Assembly (NCBI GenBank): GCA_965261025.1
Contig: OZ253438.1
Coordinates: forward strand, 180,001 to 212,000
Length of the DNA stretch: 32,000 nucleotides
Source: Chlamydiales bacterium
GTDB taxonomy: Bacteria; Chlamydiota; Chlamydiia; Chlamydiales; SM23-39
Reading direction: 5' to 3'
Position 1 is the first letter of the stretch, and each line of letters opens with the position of its first letter. This document shows, in pieces, positions 8,674 through 16,349 of the stretch. The translations under genes and the position numbers were made by a program. Below the pieces are notes generated by a model, which saw only the letters and a list, made by a program, of their open reading frames with translations, made no database searches and was not told the origin of the DNA.

Positions 8674-9348
8674 ATGAAGAGATTTTTTAGATCCTGGCTT
8701 TTGTGGAATTTTTCTTTCATCTCTGACGCTATTCTTCAGTTTTTTCTCTATTTATTCCTATTGCCTCTTTCCTTGTTCAAGCCTCTTCATTTTTCAAAAC
8801 GAAAGAAAAAACCTCTTCTCTTAGTACACGGATACTGTCACTTTAGCTGGGTATGGATTTACCATTTTTGGAATTTGAAAAAGAGATATGGTCCTATCTA
8901 TACCTTGAATCTTGGCAACCCCTTTGCTTCGATCAAAACATATGCAGAAAAACTAGAAAAAATTCTTAGTTTAGAAAAAAATTGGGTCCTTATAGGGCAT
9001 TCCATGGGGGGGCTTGTAGCAGTTCATGCAGCCTGTGGTAAATATAAAGCGAGGATAGAAAAGATTATTACTCTATCTACCCCTTTTTCGGGTACTAAGA
9101 TGGCTTCTTGGGGTATTGGCTTATGTTGCCGTGAAATGAAAATAGGATCTTTTTTCCTACAAGAGATGAAAGAAAAGATGCGGTTTTTACACTGTCCCAT
9201 CTATTCTATAGCGACTAGGCAAGATCGAATTGTGATCCCTCATGAATCGGCTCTTTTACCAGGAGGAAAAGAATTTGAAGGGATAGGACATGTAGGATTG
9301 TTATTTTATAGAGAAGTTTTAAAGCAGCTTTTTCTTTGGATTAATTGA
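8674..9348 (+). CDS. alpha/beta-hydrolase, lipase/esterase-like, N-terminal membrane anchor
   Basis: LLLVHGY (oxyanion region) and the LIGHSMGGLVA nucleophile elbow (GxSxG) are present, with later candidate Asp (RQDRIV) and His (GIGHVG). The N-terminus is hydrophobic. Confidence 0.7.
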   Translation: MKRFFRSWLLWNFSFISDAILQFFLYLFLLPLSLFKPLHFSKRKKKPLLLVHGYCHFSWVWIYHFWNLKKRYGPIYTLNLGNPFASIKTYAEKLEKILSLEKNWVLIGHSMGGLVAVHAACGKYKARIEKIITLSTPFSGTKMASWGIGLCCREMKIGSFFLQEMKEKMRFLHCPIYSIATRQDRIVIPHESALLPGGKEFEGIGHVGLLFYREVLKQLFLWIN

Positions 9349-9451
9349 TTATTTTTTCTTCTCTCTTCAAGGAAGTAATAGAAGGGAATCCATTAAAAAA
9401 AGATTGCAAAACAACTAAGGAAACGATATCAGGAAGAAAAAGGAGAAGGTT

Positions 9452-9964
9452 ATGGACGAGAATCTTTCAGAAAAAAAGGAGGAGAAGAAGGCGAGTTTTA
9501 CAGATTATTTGCCGCTGCTGTTCATCATTTTATTTTCTCTCTTTGGGGCTTATGCTTTTTCAGAAAGACTGATCCAGTTTTCTTGGAAGATTTATGGATC
9601 TTTGTTTATGGGGCTTTTTTTTTTCCTTCTCTCTCTGTTTAAGTTTTTTGATATAAAAGGCTTTGCCCAGGGGTTTTCTTCCTATGATATCCCTTCTCAA
9701 AAGTTTCCCCCTTATGCGTATGTTTACCCTTTTTTAGAGCTTCTTTTAAGTTTTTTATATTTGTCTTCTTGGGTTTTCTATGTAACCAATATTTTAACCA
9801 TTATTATCATGGGAATTAGTGCCCTTGGAGTGATTAGAGCTGTTTCTTCCCATCGAGATATCTCTTGCGCTTGTATGGGAACGGTAATCAAGGTACCCTT
9901 AACGACTCTTAGCATCATTGAAAACCTGGGAATGGGTCTTATGGCCTTTTTCATGCTTTTTTAG
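9452..9964 (+). CDS. MauE/DoxX-like four-helix membrane protein
   Basis: It has four hydrophobic helices. KFFDIKGFAQGFSSYDI...YVYPFLELLLSFLYL and the C-terminal SCACMGT motif resemble the MauE-family pattern (..CGCFG). AAGGAG lies upstream of the ATG. Confidence 0.5.
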   Translation: MDENLSEKKEEKKASFTDYLPLLFIILFSLFGAYAFSERLIQFSWKIYGSLFMGLFFFLLSLFKFFDIKGFAQGFSSYDIPSQKFPPYAYVYPFLELLLSFLYLSSWVFYVTNILTIIIMGISALGVIRAVSSHRDISCACMGTVIKVPLTTLSIIENLGMGLMAFFMLF

Positions 9965-9968
9965 TTTT

Positions 9969-11045
9969 ATGGCAGACCTGGTAGTTATTACAGGCTCCTC
10001 GGGAAGAATTGGAAAGCGTCTCATACAAAGACTTGAGGGAAAGTACCAAATTGTAGGAATCGATTTTCACCCTCCTGCTTTTAAACCATCCCATTTGTCT
10101 TTTCTTTTTGCGGATCTCTCTGATGATTCAAGTGTGAAAACCGTTTTTGAAAAAATAAGAAAGGAACAAGGAGAAAAAATAGCCTCCTTCATTCACTTAG
10201 CTGCTTACTATGATTTTGTAGGAGGAAGCTGGGATAAGTATGAAGAAATTACCCTAAAAGGAACTTCTCGTCTTTTAAAGGAGCTACAAAATTTTTCTGT
10301 TGAGCAGTTTATTTTTTCTAGCACCCTTTTAGTACACAAACCAACCAAGCCGGGTCAAAAAATTGGGGAAACTTCTCCTTTGGCACCCGCTTGGGCTTAT
10401 CCCAAGTCTAAGGTGTTAACAGAACAGATAATTGAAAAAGAAAAAGGAAATATACCCTCTGTAATTTTGAGAATAGCAGGTTGCTATGATGAAAATTGCC
10501 ACTCCATTCCTATTTCCCAGATGATTCAAAGAATTTATGAAAAAGATATCAAAGGGCACCTTTTCCCAGGAGATAAGCAACATGGTGCTTCTTTTCTTCA
10601 TTTTGAAGACTTAACAGAGTGTCTTTGTCTTGTCATAGAGAAAAGAAAGGAGTTAGGGGAAGAGATTTTTTTAGTAGGGGAAGAAAAAACCTATTCCTAT
10701 GACCAGCTACAAAACGAAATAGGAAGGCTTTTATATAACAAGCCATGGTTTACGTTAAGAATTCCCAAGTGGGTTGCTAAAGCAGGGGCTTTTATGCAGC
10801 TTTTAATTCCTTCTGAAAATACTCCTTTTATAAAGCCTTGGATGATTGATCTCGCAGATGATCATTATGAACTAGATCTTTCTCATATTAGGGAGAAATT
10901 AAAATGGAGCCCTAAAAAGGACCTCTTCAAGGCCCTTTCCAATATGGTGGAAAAACTGCAAGAATCTCCAGAACTTTGGTATAGAGAACAAGGACTTTCT
11001 AGCCAAAACATAGAAAATGGTTTTTCTGAAGAAGAAAAACGGTAG
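9969..11045 (+). CDS. NAD-dependent epimerase/dehydratase-family (extended SDR) protein
   Basis: VVITGSSGRIGKRL (GxxGxxG Rossmann motif) and the YPKSK (YxxxK) catalytic motif are present. ATG 9969 lies 4 nt after the upstream stop. The tracked start at 9918 would overlap the previous gene. Confidence 0.8.
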   Translation: MADLVVITGSSGRIGKRLIQRLEGKYQIVGIDFHPPAFKPSHLSFLFADLSDDSSVKTVFEKIRKEQGEKIASFIHLAAYYDFVGGSWDKYEEITLKGTSRLLKELQNFSVEQFIFSSTLLVHKPTKPGQKIGETSPLAPAWAYPKSKVLTEQIIEKEKGNIPSVILRIAGCYDENCHSIPISQMIQRIYEKDIKGHLFPGDKQHGASFLHFEDLTECLCLVIEKRKELGEEIFLVGEEKTYSYDQLQNEIGRLLYNKPWFTLRIPKWVAKAGAFMQLLIPSENTPFIKPWMIDLADDHYELDLSHIREKLKWSPKKDLFKALSNMVEKLQESPELWYREQGLSSQNIENGFSEEEKR

Positions 11046-11057
11046 CGTAAGAGCATT

Positions 11058-12077
11058 TTAAAAAAGAGCTGTTACCGTAAGAACCCCTGAGGCAAAATGG
11101 AAGCTATTTTTTCCATAAACCGAGAACCAACCTCCCGCTAAAATTCCTATGTTGGGAGTAAATAGGTATTCTAAAGCAGGCGCTAGGGAAAGCTGATCTG
11201 AATCAGGGGCTCCCACAGAGGCTGCTTCCCCTGTTGCGCTAGTTCCTAAAGTTCCTCTAAAACGGGTCTTTTTAGAGCATACATAGGAGAAATCTGTCGC
11301 AAATACCCACTTTTGATTCAAACTGTATTCGAAAGCAAAGTTTGTCGTAAAAGAATCCCCCGGTTTGACTTTTCCTTTAGTTCCATTTCCTCCTCCATAG
11401 GCATTTAACTCTTCTACCTCTACTTTAGAAGAGACTTTATAATTCAAGGAAAGTCGCAATCTAGTAGGATGCAAAAGCGACCACCAGATGACCTTTGAAA
11501 CATTGAAAGAAAAGGTGGTTGCATAAGAGCCTGATCCGAGAGCATCTAATCCATTTTTATTGGAAGAGAGGTTTTCATATTTTCCTGTAGGAAATGATTC
11601 TGTAATGCCTACTTTCATAGCAGGGATGTAAGGGGTTTCTTGGAAAAGAGAGATTCCGAGGGCAAGGCTTGTATCACCTATTCCGTTATAAGAGATAGCA
11701 TTTTGATGGTTATAGATGTATTGAGGAGTAACGGTGATATCTACTCTTGGTAGGAGCCCTGTTTGTAGGATAAAAGGAGTATTTACCTGAACAAGATCAG
11801 GAAGGCAAATAGAGTCTCTTCTGCTATTAAAACGGGCATAGTGGTTTGTTACAAAGACGTAGGGTTGAAGCACTATGGAACCCATAGGAGCCACATTGGC
11901 AGAGCCGGTTAACAAAGGACCCGCATACCAAGGGTTGAACATTTTTTCTGCCTTTTTAAAGGTCCTTTCTGCCTGATCTATTTCTTGTTGTACTTGTTGA
12001 GGAGAAGGAGAGTTTTCAGAGAAAGCTTGTGAAAGGAAAAAGAAAATAACTGCAAAAAAGAGAAAAGGGTTCATCAA
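11058..12077 (-). CDS. putative outer-membrane beta-barrel protein/porin, signal peptide
   Basis: The signal is MMNPFLFFAVIFFFLSQAFS. NPWYAGPLLTGSA follows near the N-terminus, the body is rich in Gly/aromatic strand-like segments, and the C-terminus ...GVLTVTALF ends in Phe. Confidence 0.55.
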   Translation of the reverse strand: MMNPFLFFAVIFFFLSQAFSENSPSPQQVQQEIDQAERTFKKAEKMFNPWYAGPLLTGSANVAPMGSIVLQPYVFVTNHYARFNSRRDSICLPDLVQVNTPFILQTGLLPRVDITVTPQYIYNHQNAISYNGIGDTSLALGISLFQETPYIPAMKVGITESFPTGKYENLSSNKNGLDALGSGSYATTFSFNVSKVIWWSLLHPTRLRLSLNYKVSSKVEVEELNAYGGGNGTKGKVKPGDSFTTNFAFEYSLNQKWVFATDFSYVCSKKTRFRGTLGTSATGEAASVGAPDSDQLSLAPALEYLFTPNIGILAGGWFSVYGKNSFHFASGVLTVTALF

Positions 12078-12155
12078 AAGATCCTTTAAAAAACAGAGCG
12101 GTTCTGCTAGTTTTGAGCTTATTCAACCTAAGCTATTTTTGAGAAGGAGTTTTTT

Positions 12156-12476
12156 ATGAAAGAGATAGCAGGAGTAGGGGATGTTTCTCCAGACAAAAAA
12201 AAGATCTACCAGAAAGAGTTTTTGGAAGGAGCAAAGTTATTTCAACAAGCCTTAGAAAAACACCATCAAAGCAAAGAAGCTCCTCAAAAAGCTGCTTTTG
12301 AAAAGGTGATGAAAGAAGCTTTGCAAGTGATGAATCAGACCGTAAAACAAGGTTTTGGCAAAGAAAAAATAGAGGAAGAAAAAAAGTTAGAACAAAACTA
12401 CCAAAACTATCTTTCCCATCAAGATAAGAGCCATTATGAGCAGCTCATTGAAGATATTGGGTCTTTGAAAGAATGA
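12156..12476 (+). CDS. small charged alpha-helical hypothetical protein (106 aa)
   Basis: GAAGGAG lies 7 nt upstream of the ATG. The protein is K/E/Q-rich with no signal peptide. Its stop overlaps the next start (ATGA at 12473-12476). Confidence 0.55.
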   Translation: MKEIAGVGDVSPDKKKIYQKEFLEGAKLFQQALEKHHQSKEAPQKAAFEKVMKEALQVMNQTVKQGFGKEKIEEEKKLEQNYQNYLSHQDKSHYEQLIEDIGSLKE

Positions 12477-13894
12477 AAAGTTTAAAGGCTTTTTTCCAAA
12501 ATCCTGAATCTTTTTTCCTCTGCCTTATAGCTTACCTTCCTTTTGAAAGGATGTATGATCGGTTCTTTAGAAAGTTTTTGTATGAGTATACAGACTTTTC
12601 AAAGGGACTTATTAAGTCTTTATATGTGTGTATCTCTGATGTTTCTGTCTTTTTCTTTTTTCTTTTTTGGGGATTCACGGGTTATTTTTCCTGGAGGAGA
12701 TTTTTTTGGGAAAAAGAGGCAAAATACAGTTCTTTTTTTCTAGCTTGTCTTTTTATTTGCCTTGCCTTGTATTTTTCTCGAACAGATTTATCTATTTGGC
12801 TTCGTTTTTTCTATTTTTTTGTTACTTTGCTGCTTTTCAATATGGTCTTACAGGTTTTTCAAAAAAGGGAAACAGGGCCTTTTTTAAAAAAATTTTTCCT
12901 CCTTCTTATGATTTTGGGAGCTATACAAACAGCTATAGCCTTAGGACAATATTTTTCTCAGGGAAGTTTGGGTCTTTCTTTTTTTTCAGAACCGAAGATT
13001 AGCTCCCCCCAATTTACCAAGGTGGGTTTTTTAGCAAAAGGGGTATGGCTTTTTGATTTTTGGCGTTGTGAAAAACCCTTTGAGGTATGTAGGGCTTTTG
13101 GGACATTTTCTTCCCCTAATTTATTGGGGGGATATTATTTGGCTTTTTTATTTGCGATTTTTGGTAGCTGGGTATACTTTCCTCGCTTAAAGGGGCGTTT
13201 TCTTCTTTCTTTTCTCCTTTGTATAGAGATTTTTGGCCTTTTTATTACCTATTCCAGGGCGGCTCTTTTCTCTTTTTTTCTTATGAGTTTTATTTGGTTT
13301 TTCTCCTTTTGGAAAAAAGGAGCTTTTTCTCAAGTGCGTTCCTTATTTTATGTTTTTTGTTTTTCCCTTTGTCTTACCTTTTTCCTTCTCTTTCCTCAGA
13401 TTTTAGCAAGAGGTGGTATAGTTAATTATCATGATGTAGTAAGAGGTTCTGATCAACAAAGGGTTTTTACTCAAGGGATAGCCCAAAAGATGTTTCAGGA
13501 AAAACCTTTTCTTGGGTGGGGATATGCCCAATTTTCGAAGGAGCATCGCTCTTTTCTACCAGAGGAGGTAAGAGAAAAAACTTGGATGATTCACAATATT
13601 TATCTTCTTCTTCTAGTAGAAGGAGGGGGTATGGGACTTTTTCTTTTTCTTCTTCTTTGCTTTTTTGCTTTAAGAAGCGGCTGGCAAAAAAGAGAAGATC
13701 CTCAGGTATTGGCTCTTCTTCTTTTATTTTTAGCTATGCTTGCTACAGGGTTTTGTGACTTTTATTGGCTTTTTCTTTCCAAGATGAGGCTTTTTTTCTT
13801 TTTTGTGGCAGCTCTTTTAGCCAGAGTTTCCTACGCAGAAAAAATTTTTTCGTATCGTTATTTTCAAAGACACCAAAAACAGGAAAGTTTATGA
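12473..13894 (+). CDS. O-antigen ligase / Wzy_C-family polytopic membrane protein
   Basis: It has roughly 10-12 TM helices. ITYSRAALFSFFL and the periplasmic-loop motif WMIHNIYLLLLVEGGGMGL (HN..L...E.G..G, as in WaaL/Wzy_C) are present, along with PFLGWGYAQF. Confidence 0.8.
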   Translation: MKSLKAFFQNPESFFLCLIAYLPFERMYDRFFRKFLYEYTDFSKGLIKSLYVCISDVSVFFFFLFWGFTGYFSWRRFFWEKEAKYSSFFLACLFICLALYFSRTDLSIWLRFFYFFVTLLLFNMVLQVFQKRETGPFLKKFFLLLMILGAIQTAIALGQYFSQGSLGLSFFSEPKISSPQFTKVGFLAKGVWLFDFWRCEKPFEVCRAFGTFSSPNLLGGYYLAFLFAIFGSWVYFPRLKGRFLLSFLLCIEIFGLFITYSRAALFSFFLMSFIWFFSFWKKGAFSQVRSLFYVFCFSLCLTFFLLFPQILARGGIVNYHDVVRGSDQQRVFTQGIAQKMFQEKPFLGWGYAQFSKEHRSFLPEEVREKTWMIHNIYLLLLVEGGGMGLFLFLLLCFFALRSGWQKREDPQVLALLLLFLAMLATGFCDFYWLFLSKMRLFFFFVAALLARVSYAEKIFSYRYFQRHQKQESL

Positions 13895-15183
13895 AGTACC
13901 TATTTTTAGCTCTTACTCTTTTTTTCTCAGTAGAGGCAGCAGAGAGAAAATTCTTTGCTAGATCCCACCAAAGACATAAGGAAGAGGCTTTGTATCACAG
14001 CCAAGCTTTGCAGGAAACCTCTTGGTGGAAAGGGAGACATCTCTTAGGCTCTTGGGGGGATTTTAAGGGTTATTTAGCGGAGCATGGAATTACTTTTACT
14101 TCTTCTTATGTAATCGATATAGCAGCAAATCCATCGGGAGGAAAAAGACAAGGAATCACACAAGCAAGCAGTTGGGGGGCGGATCTTTGGATTGATTTAG
14201 GAAAGAGGACCTCTTTGAAAGGGTGGCATATTTACTCTTCTGCTGTATGGCGTTTTGGACAAAATCTTTCCTCTCGAAAAATTGAAAACCAGTTTGGTGT
14301 GCAACAAGTTTTTGGAGGAGAAAACGTAAGGCTTGTAAACTTGTATATAAAAAAAGATCTCATAGAAGATAAACTTTGGGTAAAGGCCGGCAGAGTAGAT
14401 CCTGGAAATAATTTTTTGCAATCAGACCTTTATTACTCTTTTGTCAATAATGCCTTTGACGGAAATCCTGTAGCCGTATTTTTCAATACCCCTTTTGAGG
14501 CTTTTCCTAACGGGACTTGGGGTGCTTATCTCCAGACGAATCCGCAAGAGAATTTAGAGTATAAAGTGGCTGTGTATAATACGAATAATCGGGTGAATAG
14601 AAACAGAACTCATGGCCTTGATTTTTCTTTCCGAAATGATGAAGGGGCTCTTTTGATTACAGAGCTTAGTTTTTTAAAAAGCCCAAACAGGAAAAACTTT
14701 CCCGGGCATTATCGTTTGGGATATCTGACTTTTACAAAAGAAAAAGAAAAAATTTTAGGGGGAAAAGAAAGGAATTATACTGCTTACTTTATGGTAGACC
14801 AGACTATCTACCGAAGAGAAGAAAACCCTACTTCAACCCTTACTCCTTTTGCAGCTTTTTTGTGGGCCCCCTCTGAGATAGGCATCATGCCTTTTTTCTT
14901 TATAACGGGGGTAGTTTGCGAAGGAATGATTCCTTTAAGAGAAAAAGATACCACCTCTTTTGGAGTAGCATATGGTTCTTTCAGCTCTGAGCTCCGAAAA
15001 CAGCAGAGGAGTCTAAATATAGAAGAACAAAAACAAGAAGTGGTTTATGAGCTGAACCATCGTTTTCAGATAAACCCTTGGTTTTACATGCAGCCTACGA
15101 TTCAATACGTAGTGGATCCAAAAGGGCTTTATAGTACTCCTAATGCTTGGGTGGTAGGGTTACAGTCAGAAGTAGTCTTTTAG
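13891..15183 (+). CDS. OprB-family carbohydrate-selective porin
   Basis: The signal MKYLFLALTLFFSVEAAE starts at ATG 13891 (ATGA overlap with the upstream stop, AGGAAAG SD). HLLGSWGDFKGYLAEHGITFTSSY resembles the OprB N-terminal motif (GDWGG.R..L...GI). The C-terminus is ...GLQSEVVF. The tracked start at 13765 lies inside the previous gene. Confidence 0.8.
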   Translation: MKYLFLALTLFFSVEAAERKFFARSHQRHKEEALYHSQALQETSWWKGRHLLGSWGDFKGYLAEHGITFTSSYVIDIAANPSGGKRQGITQASSWGADLWIDLGKRTSLKGWHIYSSAVWRFGQNLSSRKIENQFGVQQVFGGENVRLVNLYIKKDLIEDKLWVKAGRVDPGNNFLQSDLYYSFVNNAFDGNPVAVFFNTPFEAFPNGTWGAYLQTNPQENLEYKVAVYNTNNRVNRNRTHGLDFSFRNDEGALLITELSFLKSPNRKNFPGHYRLGYLTFTKEKEKILGGKERNYTAYFMVDQTIYRREENPTSTLTPFAAFLWAPSEIGIMPFFFITGVVCEGMIPLREKDTTSFGVAYGSFSSELRKQQRSLNIEEQKQEVVYELNHRFQINPWFYMQPTIQYVVDPKGLYSTPNAWVVGLQSEVVF

Positions 15184-15306
15184 GAGCTTTTAGTTATTTT
15201 GTCTGCAAAGCTTTTCAATAGAGATCCGATTTTAATACTGTGAAAATAGCTTGTTTTTTTTCAGGTTTCCTTCTTTACTCTCTGCTTTAAACTGTTGGGT
15301 GAAGTC

Positions 15307-16317
15307 ATGAGGAAGTATCTGTTTTTAGTTTGGTTTGTATTTTTTGCTCAAGGAGCTTTTGCTAAGGCTTCCCTGATTTTGCAAGACAGGATAGGGGTTC
15401 AAACCCTTTCTCTTTGCGATACAAAAAGGGGCAGGTTTGTGGAAGTGGAGTTGTGGTATCCTGTTACAGAGGAGCATGCTTTTTGTGAAACTTCCCTACA
15501 TAAAGATTGGATTTATCCAACCGAGTGTAGAGGCGTTCCTTTTCCCAAAGAACTGGGAAAAAGACCCCTTATTCTTTTCTCTCATGGACTGGCAAGTGAT
15601 AGGAGAGAAAGGAGCTGGTTTGCAGAAAGACTTGTGCGGGAGGGATTTTTAGTAGCTTCCTTAGGTCATTACAAAGGTACCTGGGGAGATATAGATCCTC
15701 AAGAGATTCCTAGGATAGGGGAAAGGGCTTTAGATGTCTCTTTTGTTTTAACCACCCTTTTACAAGATCCTTTTTGGCAGCAGTGGATTGATAGGGAAAA
15801 GATAGGCTTTTCCGGTTATTCTTTAGGAGGAGGAACGGGACTTTTACTATCGGGAGCCAAGATAGTAGATAAGGCGCACTTTATGGAGGCTTTTTCTTCT
15901 TTGGGGTTTCCTTTATTCGGCAATTTACTAGAACAACTTGATTTTTCTCAGGAAGAGGTTTCTTTTAAAGATTCGAGGATCAAAGCGTACTTTTTAATGG
16001 CTCCCTGTATTTGGGGCCTTTGTATGAACTCTTTTAAAGAGATTACCACAAAAATGCACATAGTTGCTTTAGAGAAAGATTCTGTTTTAATAACAGCAGT
16101 TCATGCAAGACCTGCTTGCAAGCTGATTCCTGGGTGTAGATTTACTCTTTGGCAGGGTCTTTATGATCATTATATCTTTTTTAATCAAGCTACAGAAGAG
16201 GGGAAAATGGTTATGCCTCTTTGGCTACATAAGGATGCAGAAGGGGTAGATAGAAAGGCGTTTCATTTGGCTCTTTCTGAGATGGGAAAGGGATTTTTTT
16301 TAGAATCTCTTTTTTAA
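15307..16317 (+). CDS. secreted alpha/beta-hydrolase, COG4188 / PAF-acetylhydrolase-like
   Basis: The signal is MRKYLFLVWFVFFAQGAFA. PLILFSHGLASDRRERSWFAERLVREGFLVASLGH and the nucleophile elbow GFSGYSLGGG match the 'predicted dienelactone hydrolase'/PAF-AH-like pattern as I recall it. Confidence 0.65.
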   Translation: MRKYLFLVWFVFFAQGAFAKASLILQDRIGVQTLSLCDTKRGRFVEVELWYPVTEEHAFCETSLHKDWIYPTECRGVPFPKELGKRPLILFSHGLASDRRERSWFAERLVREGFLVASLGHYKGTWGDIDPQEIPRIGERALDVSFVLTTLLQDPFWQQWIDREKIGFSGYSLGGGTGLLLSGAKIVDKAHFMEAFSSLGFPLFGNLLEQLDFSQEEVSFKDSRIKAYFLMAPCIWGLCMNSFKEITTKMHIVALEKDSVLITAVHARPACKLIPGCRFTLWQGLYDHYIFFNQATEEGKMVMPLWLHKDAEGVDRKAFHLALSEMGKGFFLESLF

Positions 16318-16349
16318 AATAGGGTAGGTGTGATACGAACCTGTGAGTT

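Noticed and set aside
9615-9624. Homopolymer tracts as phase-variation switches (T10 at 9615-9624 in the MauE-like gene, A9 at 7035-7043 upstream of parA, T9 at 29454-29462 in cyoC, several T8 runs)
   Set aside because: Long T/A runs are frequent throughout this AT-rich, Phe/Lys-rich coding sequence and also occur in essential genes such as cyoC. There is no evidence of length polymorphism from a single sequence.
12543-13758. Alternative-frame ORFs inside the ligase-family gene (12543-12743, 12667-13002, 13219-13425, 13516-13758)
   Set aside because: They are low-complexity F/S/L-rich translations, which are typical of T-rich membrane-protein genes read out of frame. They are nested in a gene with a clear family signature.
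13765-13890. N-terminal extension of the OprB ORF (tracked start 13765)
   Set aside because: It lies entirely inside the 3' end of the O-antigen-ligase-family gene in another frame. A clean signal peptide with an SD and ATGA coupling starts at 13891.
15216-15261. Possible terminator after the OprB gene (AAGCTTTT ... AAAATAGCTT followed by T8)
   Set aside because: The stem requires a 2-nt bulge and a ~19-nt loop. The T8 run alone is not diagnostic in this genome.
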